This document shows positions 21,013-33,445 of a stretch of 64,000 bases of DNA, one piece after another; position 1 is the first letter of the stretch; each line of letters begins with the position of its first letter. The stretch is from NCBI GenBank assembly GCA_032718475.1, contig JAUCBJ010007937.1:26865-90864 (forward strand). Reading direction: 5' to 3'. The DNA comes from Nemertoderma westbladi. Lineage: Eukaryota > Animalia > Xenacoelomorpha. The notes below the pieces were generated by a model. The model searched no databases. It saw only the letters and a list, made by a program, of their open reading frames with translations, and was not told the origin of the DNA. The translations under genes and the position numbers were made by a program.

Positions 21013-24000
21013 GTTTTTGTTAGTATTTCGTTACTATACATGCGCCGAAACTGTAGATATTCTTCCGGCCTGCTCCCATCGAATTTGAATGGTTCCACGG
21101 GTGGTAACTCGATCCTCGTTTTCAACGCATCGATCAACGTGGCCATCCCCATCGCCTGCGCTTCCAATGGATTCGATGGGTTCTGCATAGTTTCTCCTGT
21201 CTGGTGCGTTCCGTCTGTCCTATTTCTTGACTTTCTCTGGCTTGGGTATGTCATCGGGGGTAGCGGCCCCCTCCATATGTCTGTATCACACGATCTATTC
21301 TCATCCAAGGGTCTCGTTGTTCTTGCCCCTATCGGGGTATATTGTTGATATTGTGATGGGGGAATGTCACCCTGTCCCCCCCCCACCGGTATGTTTGGTA
21401 CTGGGGTTGATGTTAATATGTTGGGGCCCATGCACCTATCCGCAATAATTCCCCCCTCCCCTGGGTATATGTTATGTCCCTGCATGCTGTAGTCATACTG
21501 CTGTGCTGGTACCGGTATAGGCCTATCAGCTTCTGGCCTACTCGCCGGTATGTATTCCGCGACTTCCGGGTTTAATCCCGTTGTCCACGCCATCCTATCG
21601 CCTACATTGCCTCTCTCAGTATGGCCTATGGTATGTGCAGTAAGGCCTACAGTATGTCCTACAGTCTGCATGTGTCGCTCGGGATCGAAGTTTATTCTTC
21701 TCGAATAATCCTCCCCGCGGCTACCGTATTCTCGATCGATAGGTGTATTCCGTCGGAAAGTTTCTCTTCGACCCCCCTCTCTACTGTCCTCATCTTCGTA
21801 CCGGTACATCGCGTACCCCTCTCTCGGCGCGTAGTGCGCCTCGCCGGGTCGCATCTCTCCGGGGCGACGGCAATCTCCCGGAGTCCGACCCCACTGACTC
21901 TCCGTTCTCATCTCAACTACCGACGGCTCGCTATCCATCCTCGCTCTTCTATCGTTCGCGGCGATACCTCTACTACTCTTCTCTTCTTCTCCTTTCAGTG
22001 GAGTATTCCCGCTCGTGAGATCTCTCGTCGACCTCCCGGTTAAACCCCACTGTTCTTCTTCCCTCTTCTGATCGGGCTCGACGCTTCGTCCGCCCTCTTA
22101 CGACGTCAACCTGTCTCTCTCTGCTCGGTCGCACGCCGCTGGGGATACTCGCAACCCCCCTATTACTTTCCGTCGCCGGTTGTTGCGGTTCACCTATTTC
22201 GGCCCGCGCACCATCCGCTGACGGCTGTGGGACACTCTCTGCCCCCCCCCCCCCCTTTCGCCGCTAACTCGCTGTTGTGGGGTTCTCGTAGCCCCCCCCC
22301 CCCCCCCCACTCGCCACATCTAACTTCGCTACTCCTCACCCCGCTACTATATCCCTCTCCAGTCGACACATCAAGCCTACCGCGGTCGGGTCTATTCACC
22401 CCCGCCTCTCCCTCTGCTATTGCGTGGCCTACCAGGCCCTCTACTCCCTGCCTACCAACTATGTGGCCTACCAGGCCCTCGCTGGGTCTACCTAACCCAG
22501 CCACTCCCTGCCTACCAACTACGTGGCCTACCAGGCCCTCGCTGGGTCTACCTAACCCAGCTATTCCCTGCCTACCAACTACGTGGCCTACCAGGCCCTC
22601 GCTGGGTCTACCTAACCCAGCTATTCCCTGCCTACCAACTACGTGGCCTACCAGGTCCTCGTCTGTCTGGCCACACACGCCCGACGTGTTTATATTAATA
22701 GCACCCGTATTGGAAACGGAATTAATTTGTTCGTTCGAAATAAAATCATTTGAATTATCTTGCGCGACTACACCATCTGAATTATTTTGTAAATTCGGGC
22801 TCGCTGAATTATTTAAGTTATTTAGATTATTTTGTGTTATTGCATTACTTAAATTATTTTCTAAGTTCGGATTTGGGTTATTACTTTGATTAATTGGATT
22901 ATTTTGCGTAGCTACATTAATATTAGAATTATTTTCTACATTAATATTAGGAATGTTCTGATTTAAATTTAAATTACTACCACTAGGTAAAGTATTTCCT
23001 GCAATAAAGGTTTGATTAGAATTGTCCCATACGGTACTATTAATATTAACCACGTCTACTGTACCATTATCATTATTACCCCCCCCCCCCCCCCCCGCCC
23101 GTACGGTCACACCAGTTTTGAGTCTGTCGTGCGGTCCCTGTAAGTGGGGTATTAATAAATGTATCCACGGCCCCCGGCTCCTCAAAAATACTCGAGCCAG
23201 CCTCGCTCTCAGACTCCCCCATTTGCGCCAGTTCCACCTCACGCGCGTGTATAGCTTCATACTCTACGAGTTTGTCTCGCTGTTTCTCCAATTCTCTTCG
23301 CTCACGCTCCGCTTTTGCTATTTTATCCATAGCCTCCCTCTCGGTCTGCTTGGCCAATTCCATCTCTCTCCTAATCCCCTCCCTTCGCCTCGCCTCACGC
23401 GCTCTACGTTCACTCTCCTCCCTCACTTCACGCTCTCTGCGTTCACTTTTCTCCTTCGCTTCACGCTTCTCGCGTTCGCTTTTCTCTCTCGCCACACGCT
23501 CTTCTTGTTCCTTCAACTCTATTTCATCATACTCCCTGAGGCTCCTCACGGCCCTTTCGGCCCTCTCTCTTACCTCTCCAATCGACGCCATTTCCCTCTC
23601 CAGCAGCACTCTCCCTTCCTCTAGCCGTCTACCTACTTCTCTATTACCTTGCACTGCTAGATTGAGACAGTACCTAGCGTCTATCTCTCTCACCCGTCTT
23701 TCTTTTGCGGAGGATGTAGCAGACTTATCGTTTGTGGAGGATTCCCTCCGCCTTCCCGATCTACTAGCTTTCCCCCTCCTCCCGGAACTCCCTCCGACCG
23801 ACGAGACCGAATCCGCGGGGTCAGCCTCGGATTCGCCCTCCTCAGGTCTGTTCCAACCCACTAATTTTACTCCCCGGGCATCGACCAAGTATGGCCCTAT
23901 GTACACTGACGCTACGCTAGGTTCCATACTCCCACATTCCCATAGTTCAAATAGTTCGCTGGCAACCCCTTTTGCTCTCTCCTCGGCTAGTTCTCTCTGC

Positions 24001-24602
24001 CCAAAACGCATTAGGTAATTAAAGTGTCTATCCGAATCACCTAGTCGTTTCCTCAGTCTCACCTCGTCTATCGTTTTCCCTTTTCTGGCCTCCTCTAGTA
24101 GTCTCCGGGTCGCGTTGTAGGCCCGTCGAAGTTGCTCAGAAACCCCGACGTCCTCGTCGCCGACCTCTCGTCCGTCTCTCCGGGTTCGACGTCGTACCGG
24201 CGGCCCCACCGTCGCCGTTTCGGCGGGCCGCTCGTCGCCCTCGGCCTGTGGCTGGCCGGCGGCATCGGTACCGATATCTCGTTCGCCTCTCTGCGTCCGG
24301 GGCCGCACCGTCGGCCCCACCTTCGCCGTTTCGGCGGGCCGCTCGTCGCCCTCGGCCTGTGGCTGGCCGGCGACACCGGTGCGTCGACCCCCGTCCCGTG
24401 TCGACTCGTCTCCGTCTCCCTCCGTCCCGCTCTCTCTTTCTCTCGGTTCGAGCTCGGGTTCCAGGCCCCCCTCGTCCTGAACTGCCGGATGACCCGTTAC
24501 CGATGGGTCCGGCGTTGTGGGCCTGTATCGCCTGGTTGCGGCCTCGCGGATCGTTAGGTCTTCGTCTGGGGTCCGCGTCGGTGTCTCGCCCGATTGACTC
24601 AT
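21009..24602 (-). pseudogene. gag: Very long N-terminal Gag region, split by frame changes (ORFs 23076-24602, 22190-23260, 21009-21938)
   Basis: The last piece ends FKFDGSRPEEYLQFRRMY..TKT*; one extra A in the A5 run at ~21015 restores TKNLTQAECLKYL into the pol ORF. Other breaks lie at or near C-homopolymers (23079-23096, 22242-22288) and at ~21975-22100. Confidence 0.75.
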
Positions 24603-24652
24603 CTCGCTGGTGATTGGTGGCTGATGGTTTGGCTAGCTAGGGCAGCGGTTGG

Positions 24653-24662
24653 TTTTAGTTAC
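24653..24662 (-). promoter_or_regulatory. Non-tRNA primer-binding site candidate (GTAACTAAAA)
   Basis: Lies immediately after the 5' LTR CA and lacks TGG; exact reverse complement of LTR segment 24827-24836. Confidence 0.5.
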
Positions 24663-25192
24663 TGTGACGGGATCCAGGAGGGATCCCGATTTATCCGGTA
24701 TTTAGTTCACGCGTCCCCGCCGTGTATAAAGAGTGAATGAAAGTGAAATGAGTTCTGAAGTTCGGTGTATAATAATAGAGGTATAAGATATAGATATATT
24801 GTATAGTATATGGAAGGCGGGATACGGTAACTAAAAGTCCCGTGCTCCCCTATCTAAACTAATTAACCTATGCTAGCACTACTGCACTGAGATAACTGAA
24901 TTACTGATATTGGGTTATTGGTTATATTGCACGGTTGGCCTGATTACTACCTAATCGATGCCTTGCCCCCCTCTGATTGGTTGATACCCTTGTTGGCGCC
25001 CTTTGGAGTGTTCCCGTTCACTCCACCTATTCTCTCTGGGTTAGGGGTTTGGCCCCTGACCCTCTATTGTGTGCTTCCTTCCCATTCTTATTGGGATGGC
25101 ACGAGTTGGTTAATTATCCAATCTCGTGGCTCCCAATATTGCTTATCGGCTTATAACTTTATGGGGTGTTAGCGGGATTGAATAAGCTAACA
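24663..25192 (-). repeat. 5' LTR of the Bel/Pao element
   Basis: Near-identical to 11817-12346; the gag ATG is about 60 nt downstream (24602). Confidence 0.97.
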
Positions 25193-25286
25193 TTAATACT
25201 ATATGTTGACGGAGTATAATATATCTTACATATCTTTGGAACTTAGGCAATATAAACTAGTAGACGCCTTATGGTTCCTTATGGAC

Positions 25287-27717
25287 TGATGATGATGATC
25301 GGCTTGCACTAGGGTGCAGTGCCGGCGGCCCCAGAAACATAGCGCCCCCAGATCTTGCGGTCAGCCATACAATTTCCTAATTCATTCCTGTTCTCAAGTC
25401 CTGTGTCCTTGAGCAGGCGTTTGAGGAAAGTCATTGGCTGTCCACCACGTCTATTCTCGCCAGCAGGCTGCCACAGCACAAGGTTGTGTACAGGTTGATC
25501 CTGCCGGCGGAAACAGTGCCCAGCAAGCATTAGACGGCGTTTCTGCAGGGTGATGCTAGGTCTTGGCAATGAGATGTTACCATATTTATATAACACCTCA
25601 TTGCTTATGTGTGCATCATATGCTATGTTGTGCACCCGGCGAAGCATCCTGGTGTATGTGCCATCCAAGGACCTGGTGTCTTCAGCAGTTAGAGCCCAGC
25701 ATGGGCTGCCATAGAGCAGCACAGGCTCCACTGCTGCACGGAAAAGGCGTACCTTTAAAGAGCATGAGATGTCAGAGCTCTTCCAGATCCTGGATAGCTT
25801 GTGGATGGCGGACCAGGCTTTCCCTTTGCGAATTCGGAGATCTTCAGCAGACCTCCGAACCCATGATCCAAGGTAGCAGAAGTCGTTCACATGACTTACC
25901 AGTCCATCCAGCGATTGAATGTTATCCCGATCAATTTTCTGCTGATCTGAATCCATGTTTACTGTCAGAATTTTGGTCTTTGTGCTATTCACAAAGAGGC
26001 CAACACTAGATGCAGCCTCCTCTAAGCTAGATAGCAGCTTCTGTGCTCCTTCTAATGTCTCTGACAGTAAACCAAGGTCATCTGCAAAGTCAAGGTCGGT
26101 TAGATGTTCTGCTGGGGAACCACGTCTACGGCTACCTGATGGTGGAGATATTTCCACCCCATCAGCTTCATGAAGATCGAGTGATGTCCGCAGCACATAG
26201 TCCACCACAATAATGAAGAGGAACGGGGCTAATGTGTCTCCTTGAAGGACACCCCAGAGAACCTCAAATGGGTCTGTGTCTCCATCAGTAGTGGATACAA
26301 AGGTCGTGGAACCGTCATATACTGATCTGATTGCATTAATGATCTCATTGGGGATCCCATATGCCTGAAGAATTTGGAACATGCGTGGGCGTGACACGGA
26401 ATCGAAGGCCTTGAAGAAATCCACAAATATGACAGCCAAATGTCTGTCTTTCTTTGTAGAAACCTCTTCAATAATCCTTCTAAGTGCCAGAATGGGTTCA
26501 AAGGTACCTCTACCTTTTCGAAACCCATTTTGATTCCCACGCAAGAGTCTTTCTACAGGATCCCTAATGCGATTCAGCATTATTCTGTTGAATAATTTAG
26601 CTGCAATTGAGATTAGACTAATTCCACGATATGAACCAAAATAGGAGAGGTTGCCCTTCTTTGGAACGGGTGTTAGCCGATTAGTCTTCAGTTCTTGTGG
26701 TGCAATCTTAGTGCGGTACATTTCTGCTAGGATAGGGTGGGCTAGTTGAAGGCATTCTCTGATCTTAAAGACCTCGGGAGGCACATCATCAACACCAGAT
26801 GCCCTATTGGTTTTAATGTCATTCGAAGCAGTTAAGACCTCTTCGAATGTTATGTCACCAATTGGGATGTCTGAGAGTATTGTGTGTGACACAGGCTTTA
26901 CAGTGAAATCGTCAGTCAGTTCTCGATCATTATTTAGCAATTTCTCGAAATGAGACTTCCAGCCTGCCAAGCGGTCGGCTGGAGAATCAGCCTTCACCTT
27001 GGCAGTTGGTCGGCTTTTTCTTCCAGAGAGCAGGTTGATTGCTTGCCAGGCTTCAGCAGATTTCCTGCTTTCGTCAGCAGCATTGATAGTATCAACCTGC
27101 TCGCTGATAAGCTTTGCTTTATTAATCGAGTATTGCTTGTTTAGAGATTTCACTGAAGCTTTCACTGCATTTTTTGCAGAAGTTGTACGTCGGCTACGAT
27201 ACTCTCTTTGGGCTTTGTTCAATGCCTCTCGCAGGTCTAGAATGCGCTGGTCTGCCCAGGGGATCTTCTTCAACTTCCGTGGCTTTAGAGGAACAGTTTT
27301 CTTTGCAGCTGACTTTACTGCTGCAGCAAACTGGGTATATTTCTCACAGTGGTTCATTTCTTCATTTATGAGACTGGAATATCTATTTGTAACCTCAATT
27401 GTAAAGTTATCCTTTATAATGGGGTTTTTATCCAAGGTAGACCAGTCATGATGTGGGGTGGACTTTTTAAGACCCTTGTTTGCACGAAGGCTTAATTTGG
27501 TCTTTCCCATAACCAATCGATGGTCAGTCTGAAATGTCCGCACTGTGAGAGAAGAGCAGTCAATTATTGATCCTCTGTATTTCTTACGGAAGATGAGGTG
27601 GTCTATCTGGGACTTATGACCACTGGGTCCCACATGGGTGTACAGCTTTCCAGGTCGTTTTTGGAAATTTGTATTGGCCGAAAACAGCTCATTTGCCAGA
27701 ATTTCTCATTTCCCAGA
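25287..27717 (-). mobile_element. 5'-truncated RTE-clade LINE, copy 1 (RT ORF 25309-27633 uninterrupted)
   Basis: End of APE (QIDHLI, TDHR), RT (FVDFFKAFDSV, GVLQGDTLAP, DFADD) and a (CAT)n tail. Confidence 0.95.
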
Positions 27718-27892
27718 ATATAATTTCTTACATTTAATTATTGAAATATATTGGAGGGGAATCTCGACGAATTAACAATACCAATTATCAACATCACGTG
27801 ACATACTATAGCACTTATTTCTTCTTAAAGATTGGCGAAACCTACAAAAAAGATTTCAATGAACAACGGACTTACCCTACCTACCCATTAGT

Positions 27893-29880
27893 CTGGCCAA
27901 CTCGGTCGACTGAGTCCTAAACTTCGTCAGCAGGTGTTTCCACCCCTGAACGTCGACGCCCGACGGCCCAGCAGCGTTCCCCTTCATCCGGAGTAGGCTA
28001 GACAGTATTACTTCTCCGTCTATCCCCTCGAAGATGACGCCGTGATGTTCAGGGGCGCCAGGATACTCTGCTGGGTCGATGAGTATGGACTCATCCGCTG
28101 GTTGAGCTGGTGGATGTTTGTCACGTAAAACATCTCTCACCGTCTTCGTGACGCCGTCTTTGTCGAGAAACGACTCCCCCAACTTCATTGGCGCCCCACG
28201 ATTAGCCGCACTCAGACACCGTGTGGCTGCTGAGATGTTGCCGCTCAACATGTGGCGGACGAATGCCTTCTGTAGAGCGACGGTTTGGGAGGCGGTCTGT
28301 CGAGGTTTGGGGAGATGGTATTGTATCGCCCGGGCCTCGACCATCAGTTCCTGGAACTGACCTCCCTGCCAGCTCACCAGCCGTCGCTGTAAAACACGCC
28401 GATGTGTCGCCGTTGTTGAGTTGCGGCTGGGCTTCTGTTGGAGTAAAGCCGGCAGCAACATCAACAACGTACCGGCGATGTCTCTCAGTGGATTGTCAGA
28501 CACAGTTAGGGATATAAGACGGGTCATCTCAGGCACTACCTGGCGACCCACCGCCCCCTGAGGCATCAAAAACAAATTCGATCGCCAGTGAACGATTTCA
28601 TCGTATGTCTGGTTTATGGTGGAATAAAACTCAGACTTTGGGAATCGTTTCATCCCCCAAGTAACTTCGCCGGTCTGGGACGTTGCTGTCGATGACGTGG
28701 TGGTAGAGGGGCCCGAGGATGACGAGATGGGAGTGGGGCCAACGGAACCCGACGATGACATGGTGGAGGTGGGGCCAACGGAACCCGACAATGACGTGGT
28801 GGTAGTGGGGCCCGAGGATGACGAGGTGGGAGTGGGGCCAACGGAACCCGATGATGACGTGGTGGGAGTGGGGCCAACGGAACCCGACGATGACGTGGTG
28901 GAAGTGGGATAAAACTCAGACTTTGGGAATCGTTTCATCCCCCAAGTAACTTCGCCGGTCTGGGACGTTGCTGTCGATGACGTGGTGGTAGAGGGGCCCG
29001 AGGATGACGAGATGGGAGTGGGGCCAACGGAACCCGACGATGACGTGGTGGAGGTGGGGCCAACGGAACCCGACAATGACGTGGTGGTAGTGGGGCCCGA
29101 GGATGACGAGGTGGGAGTGGGGCCAACGGAACCCGATGATGACGTGGTGGGAGTGGGGCCAACGGAACCCGACGATGACGTGGTGGAAGTGGGGCCAACG
29201 GAACCCGACGATGACGTGGTGGGAGTGGGGCCAGCGGAACCCGACGATGTTGTTGTGGGGCCAATGGAACCCGACGATGACGTGGTGGAAGCAGGGCCAG
29301 CGGAACCCGACGATGTGGTTGTGGGGCCAACGGATCCCGACGATGTTGTTGTTGGGCCAGCGGAACCTGACGATGTTGTTGTGGGGCCAGCGGATCCCGA
29401 CGATGTTGTTGTTGGGCCAGCGGAACCCGACGATGTTGTTGTGAGGCCAGCGGTACCCGACGATGTTGTTGTGGAGCCAACGGAACCCGACGATGACGAT
29501 CCTATAGTTTGTAACGAGAGGGGGAGACAATCCCGTGGGGTTGAGGGGACCAGAGTCACGTCCAAGTCTACCAGTGTTGTGTCGTCATCACTGGTAGTGT
29601 CGCTGGCTAATGCCGATAATCGCCCCCCATCCTGGGAATAGAAGACGGGGGCCGAAACGTCGGGATTGTCATGCACTGGTAGCGGCTGCGACTGATGAAG
29701 CGCTCTGGTATCAGACAATACCGGTGCAACCGGTATTTGTGTACCAGCTTGTCCCCTATTTCTACAATTATTTTTCCCCCCAGGGGCACAGTTTGTACAT
29801 AACCTCCCCTGCCGTGCACAAACACACTTGGCGCATCGCCCCGTTGTCGCATTACAGCTGCAACAAGCCGATCCCGACAT
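27893..29880 (-). mobile_element. 5' portion of a CRE-like non-LTR retrotransposon ORF with a Ser/Thr/Gly-rich repeat expansion; truncated at the start of RT
   Basis: Cys-rich N-terminus (CCSCN..RC..CVC...C..C), YDEIVHWRSNLFLMPQG, LQQKP, L..RL..W..G, KHP and AAGPSG resemble metazoan CRE ORFs. Confidence 0.7.
28624..29500. repeat. 30/33-bp tandem repeats plus a 285-bp in-frame duplication inside the CRE-like ORF
   Basis: (GGGCCAACGGAACCCGACGATGACGTGGTGGGA)n; ATAAAACTCAGACTTTGGG occurs at 28624 and 28909. Confidence 0.9.
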
Positions 29881-30086
29881 GTCCTCTATCCTCTATATTA
29901 CATAATTATAATATGTTAATCTCAGGTATAAGCTCAACCATCAAGTATCAGCAGATTTGGGCTGGGCTGGGCTAGGCCTACCTACCGGTACACTGCAGTA
30001 CGGTACTATAATGGAATATACTATAAGTCTAAGTAATGAAATTTCTTGTTAAACAATATGTATTTTATATATAATTTCTTACATTT

Positions 30087-32515
30087 GATGATGATGATCG
30101 GCTTGCACTAGGGTGCAGTGCCGGCGGCCCCAGAAACATAGCGCCCCCAGATCTTGCGTCAGCCATACAATTTCCTAATTCATTCCTGTTCTCAAGTCCT
30201 GTGTCCTTGAGCAGGCGTTTGAGGAAAGTCATTGGCTGTCCACCACGTCTATTCTCGCCAGCAGGCTGCCACAGCACAAGGTTGTGTACAGGTTGATCCT
30301 GCCGGTGGAAACAGTGCCCAGCAAGCATTAGACGGCGTTTCTGCAGGGTGATGCTAGGTCTTGGCAATGAGATGTTACCATATTTATATAACACCTCATT
30401 GCTTATGTGTGCATCATATGCTATGTTGTGCACCCGGCGAAGCATCCTGGTGTATGTGCCATCCAAGGACCTGGTGTCTTCAGCAGTTAGAGCCCAGCAT
30501 GTGCTGCCATAGAGCAGCACAGGCTCCACTGCTGCACGGAAAAGGCGTACCTTTAAAGAGCATGAGATGTCAGAGCTCTTCCAGATCCTGGATAGCTTGT
30601 GGATGGCGGACCAGGCTTTCCCTCTGCGAATTCGGAGATCTTCAGCAGACCTCCGAACCCATGATCCAAGGTAGCAGAAGTCGTTCACATGACTTACCAG
30701 TCCATCCAGCGATTGAATGTTATCCCGATCAATTTTCTGCTGATCTGAATCCATGTTTACTGTCAGAATTTTGGTCTTTGTGCTATTCACAAAGAGGCCA
30801 ACACTAGATGCAGCCTCCTCTAAGCTAGATAGCAGCTTCTGTGCTCCTTCTAATGTCTCTGACAGTAAACCAAGGTCATCTGCAAAGTCAAGGTCGGTTA
30901 GATGTTCTGCTGGGGAACCACGTCTACGGCTACCTGATGGTGGAGATATTTCCACCCCATCAGCTTCATGAAGATCGAGTGATGTCCGCAGCACATAGTC
31001 CACCACAATAATGAAGAGGAACGGGGCTAATGTGTCTCCTTGAAGGACACCCCAGAGAACCTCAAATGGGCCTGTGTCTCCATCAGTAGTGGATACAAAG
31101 GTCGTGGAACCGTCATATACTGATCTGATTGCATTAATGATCTCATTGGGGATCCCATATGCCTGAAGAATTTGGAACATGCGTGGGCGTGACACGGAAT
31201 CGAAGGCCTTGAAGAAATCCACAAATATGACAGCCAAATGTCTGTCTTTCTTTGTAGAAACCTCTTCAATAATCCTTCTAAGTGCCAGAATGGGTTCAAA
31301 GGTACCTCTACCTTTTCGAAACCCATTTTGATTCCCACGCAAGAGTCTTTCTACAGGATCCCTAATGCGATTCAGCATTATTCTGTTGAATAATTTAGCT
31401 GCAATTGAGATTAGACTAATTCCACGACATGAACCAAAATAGGAGACGTTGCCCTTCTTTGGAACGGGTGTAAGCCGATTAGTCTTCAGTTCTTGTGGTG
31501 CAATCTTAGTGCGGTACATTTCTGCTAGGATAGGGTGGGCTAGTTGAAGGCATTCTCTGATCTTAAAGACCTCGGGAGGCACATCATCAACACCAGATGC
31601 CCTATTGGTTTTAATGTCATTCGAAGCAGTTAAGACCTCTTCGAATGTTATGTCACCAATTTGGATGTCTGAGAGTATTGTGTGTGACACAGGCTTTACA
31701 GTGAAATCGTCAGTCAGTTCTCGATCATTATTTAGCAATTTCTCGAAATGAGACTTCCAGCCTGCCAAGCGGTCGGCTGGAGAATCAGCCTTCACCTTGG
31801 CAGTTGGTCGGCTTTTTCTTCCAGAGAGCAGGTTGATTGCTTGCCAGGCTTCAGCAGATTTCCTGCTTTCGTCAGCAGCATTGATAGTATCAACCTGCTC
31901 GCTGATAAGCTTTGCTTTATTAATCGAGTATTGCTTGTTTAGAGATTTCACTGAAGCTTTCACTGCATTTTTTGCAGAAGTTGTACGTCGGCTACGATAC
32001 TCTCTTTGGGCTTTGTTCAATGCCTCTCGCAGGTCTAGAATGCGCTGGTCTGCCCAGGGGATCTTCTTCAACTTCCGTGGCTTTAGAGGAACAGTTTTCT
32101 TTGCAGCTGACTTTACTGCTGCAGCAAACTGGGTATATTTCTCACAGTGGTTCATTTCTTCATTTATGAGACTGGAATATCTATTTGTAACCTCAATTGT
32201 AAAGTTATCCTTTATAATGGGGTTTTTATCCAAGGTAGACCAGTCATGATGTGGGGTGGACTTTTTAAGACCCTTGTTTGCACGAAGGCTTAATTTGGTC
32301 TTTCCCATAACCAATCGATGGTCAGTCTGAAATGTCCGCACTGTGAGAGAAGAGCAGTCAATTATTGATCCTCTGTATTTCTTACGGAAGATGAGGTGGT
32401 CTATCTGGGACTTATGACCACTGGGTCCCACATGGGTGTACAGCTTTCCAGGTCGTTTTTGGAAATTTGTATTGGCCGAAAACAGCTCATTTGCCAGAAT
32501 TTCTCATTTCCCAGA
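30087..32515 (-). mobile_element. 5'-truncated RTE-clade LINE, copy 2, with 18-bp TSD
   Basis: Near-identical to copy 1; TSD ATATAATTTCTTACATTT at 30069-30086 and 32516-32533; 1-bp deletion near the 3' end. Confidence 0.95.
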
Positions 32516-32989
32516 ATATAATTTCTTACATTTAATTATTGAAATATATTGGAGGGGAATCTCGACGAATTAACAATACCAATTATCAACATCACGTGAC
32601 ATACTATAGCACTTATTTCTTCTTAAAGATTGGCGAAACCTACAAAAAAGATTTCAATGAACAACGGACTTACCCTACCTACCCATTAGTACTCCATACA
32701 TCAAGAAGTCTGTGCACATCTGTACACTCAACCAGAAAACCACATACATATTACACACCAGGGGTTATAATAATATGTGACGTGTCAAGTAGAAACGTAT
32801 GTTATCAGAAAAATCGAATATTTTTATGGTCGATTCTGGTAGAGAATTTGTCGGCCTATCTAGTGGTATATAACACTTATCTTCTATCATTTTCCATTTT
32901 GGAGTAATTTTACGAAAACTAAAGGGTAATCGTTCATAATTTATTCAAAATGAGTTCACAGTTCAAAACGACACCAGATATTCATTCAT

Positions 32990-33445
32990 ATTTCTGTCTG
33001 TCGGTCTGTTTGTATGTCAAACATTAAGAATACAGGCTAACTAAAATTCTCGCTATAGAGGTTTTTTGGGTTCGTGATTTCATTTCCGATGTCCTTTTTT
33101 CACATTTCACGTAACATAGACTGTCTGTCCGTCTTTTTGTCAGACTGTCTGTCAAACATTAAAAAAATATACAAACTAAAATTCTCGCTAAAGAGGTTTT
33201 CCGGGTTCGTGATTTCATTTCCGATATAAATTTTCACAATTCATGGAATCTATACAGCCTGTCCGCCCGTCTGTCTGTCCGTATTTTTGTCAAACTGTCC
33301 GTCATACATCCGTCAAACATACAAACTCACTAAAATTCTCGCTATGGGGGTTTCTTGGGTTCGTGATTTCATTTCTGATATCAGTTTTCAAATTTCACGA
33401 AATCTAGATTGTCTGACTAGACCGTCTGCCAATCTGTCTGTCATT
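32990..33445. repeat. Degenerate ~135-150-bp tandem repeat, 3 copies
   Basis: CTAAAATTCTCGCTA..GGGTTCGTGATTTCATTTCCGAT at ~33041, ~33176 and ~33330; an inverted related copy lies at ~40285-40340. Confidence 0.7.

Larger units (their letters stand above)
11817..25192 (-). mobile_element. Full-length Bel/Pao (Belpaoviridae) LTR retrotransposon, 13.4 kb, with extra 3' ORF
   Basis: Two 530-bp TG..CA LTRs with 3 mismatches seen; 5-bp TSD TTAAT (11812-11816 and 25193-25197); PPT next to the 3' LTR; Pao-type gag-PR-RT-RH-IN. Confidence 0.97.

Noticed and set aside
21005-21025. Programmed -1 frameshift between gag and pol
   Set aside because: No proper X XXY YYZ heptamer in frame and the break falls inside the Gag core; a lost A in a homopolymer is simpler.
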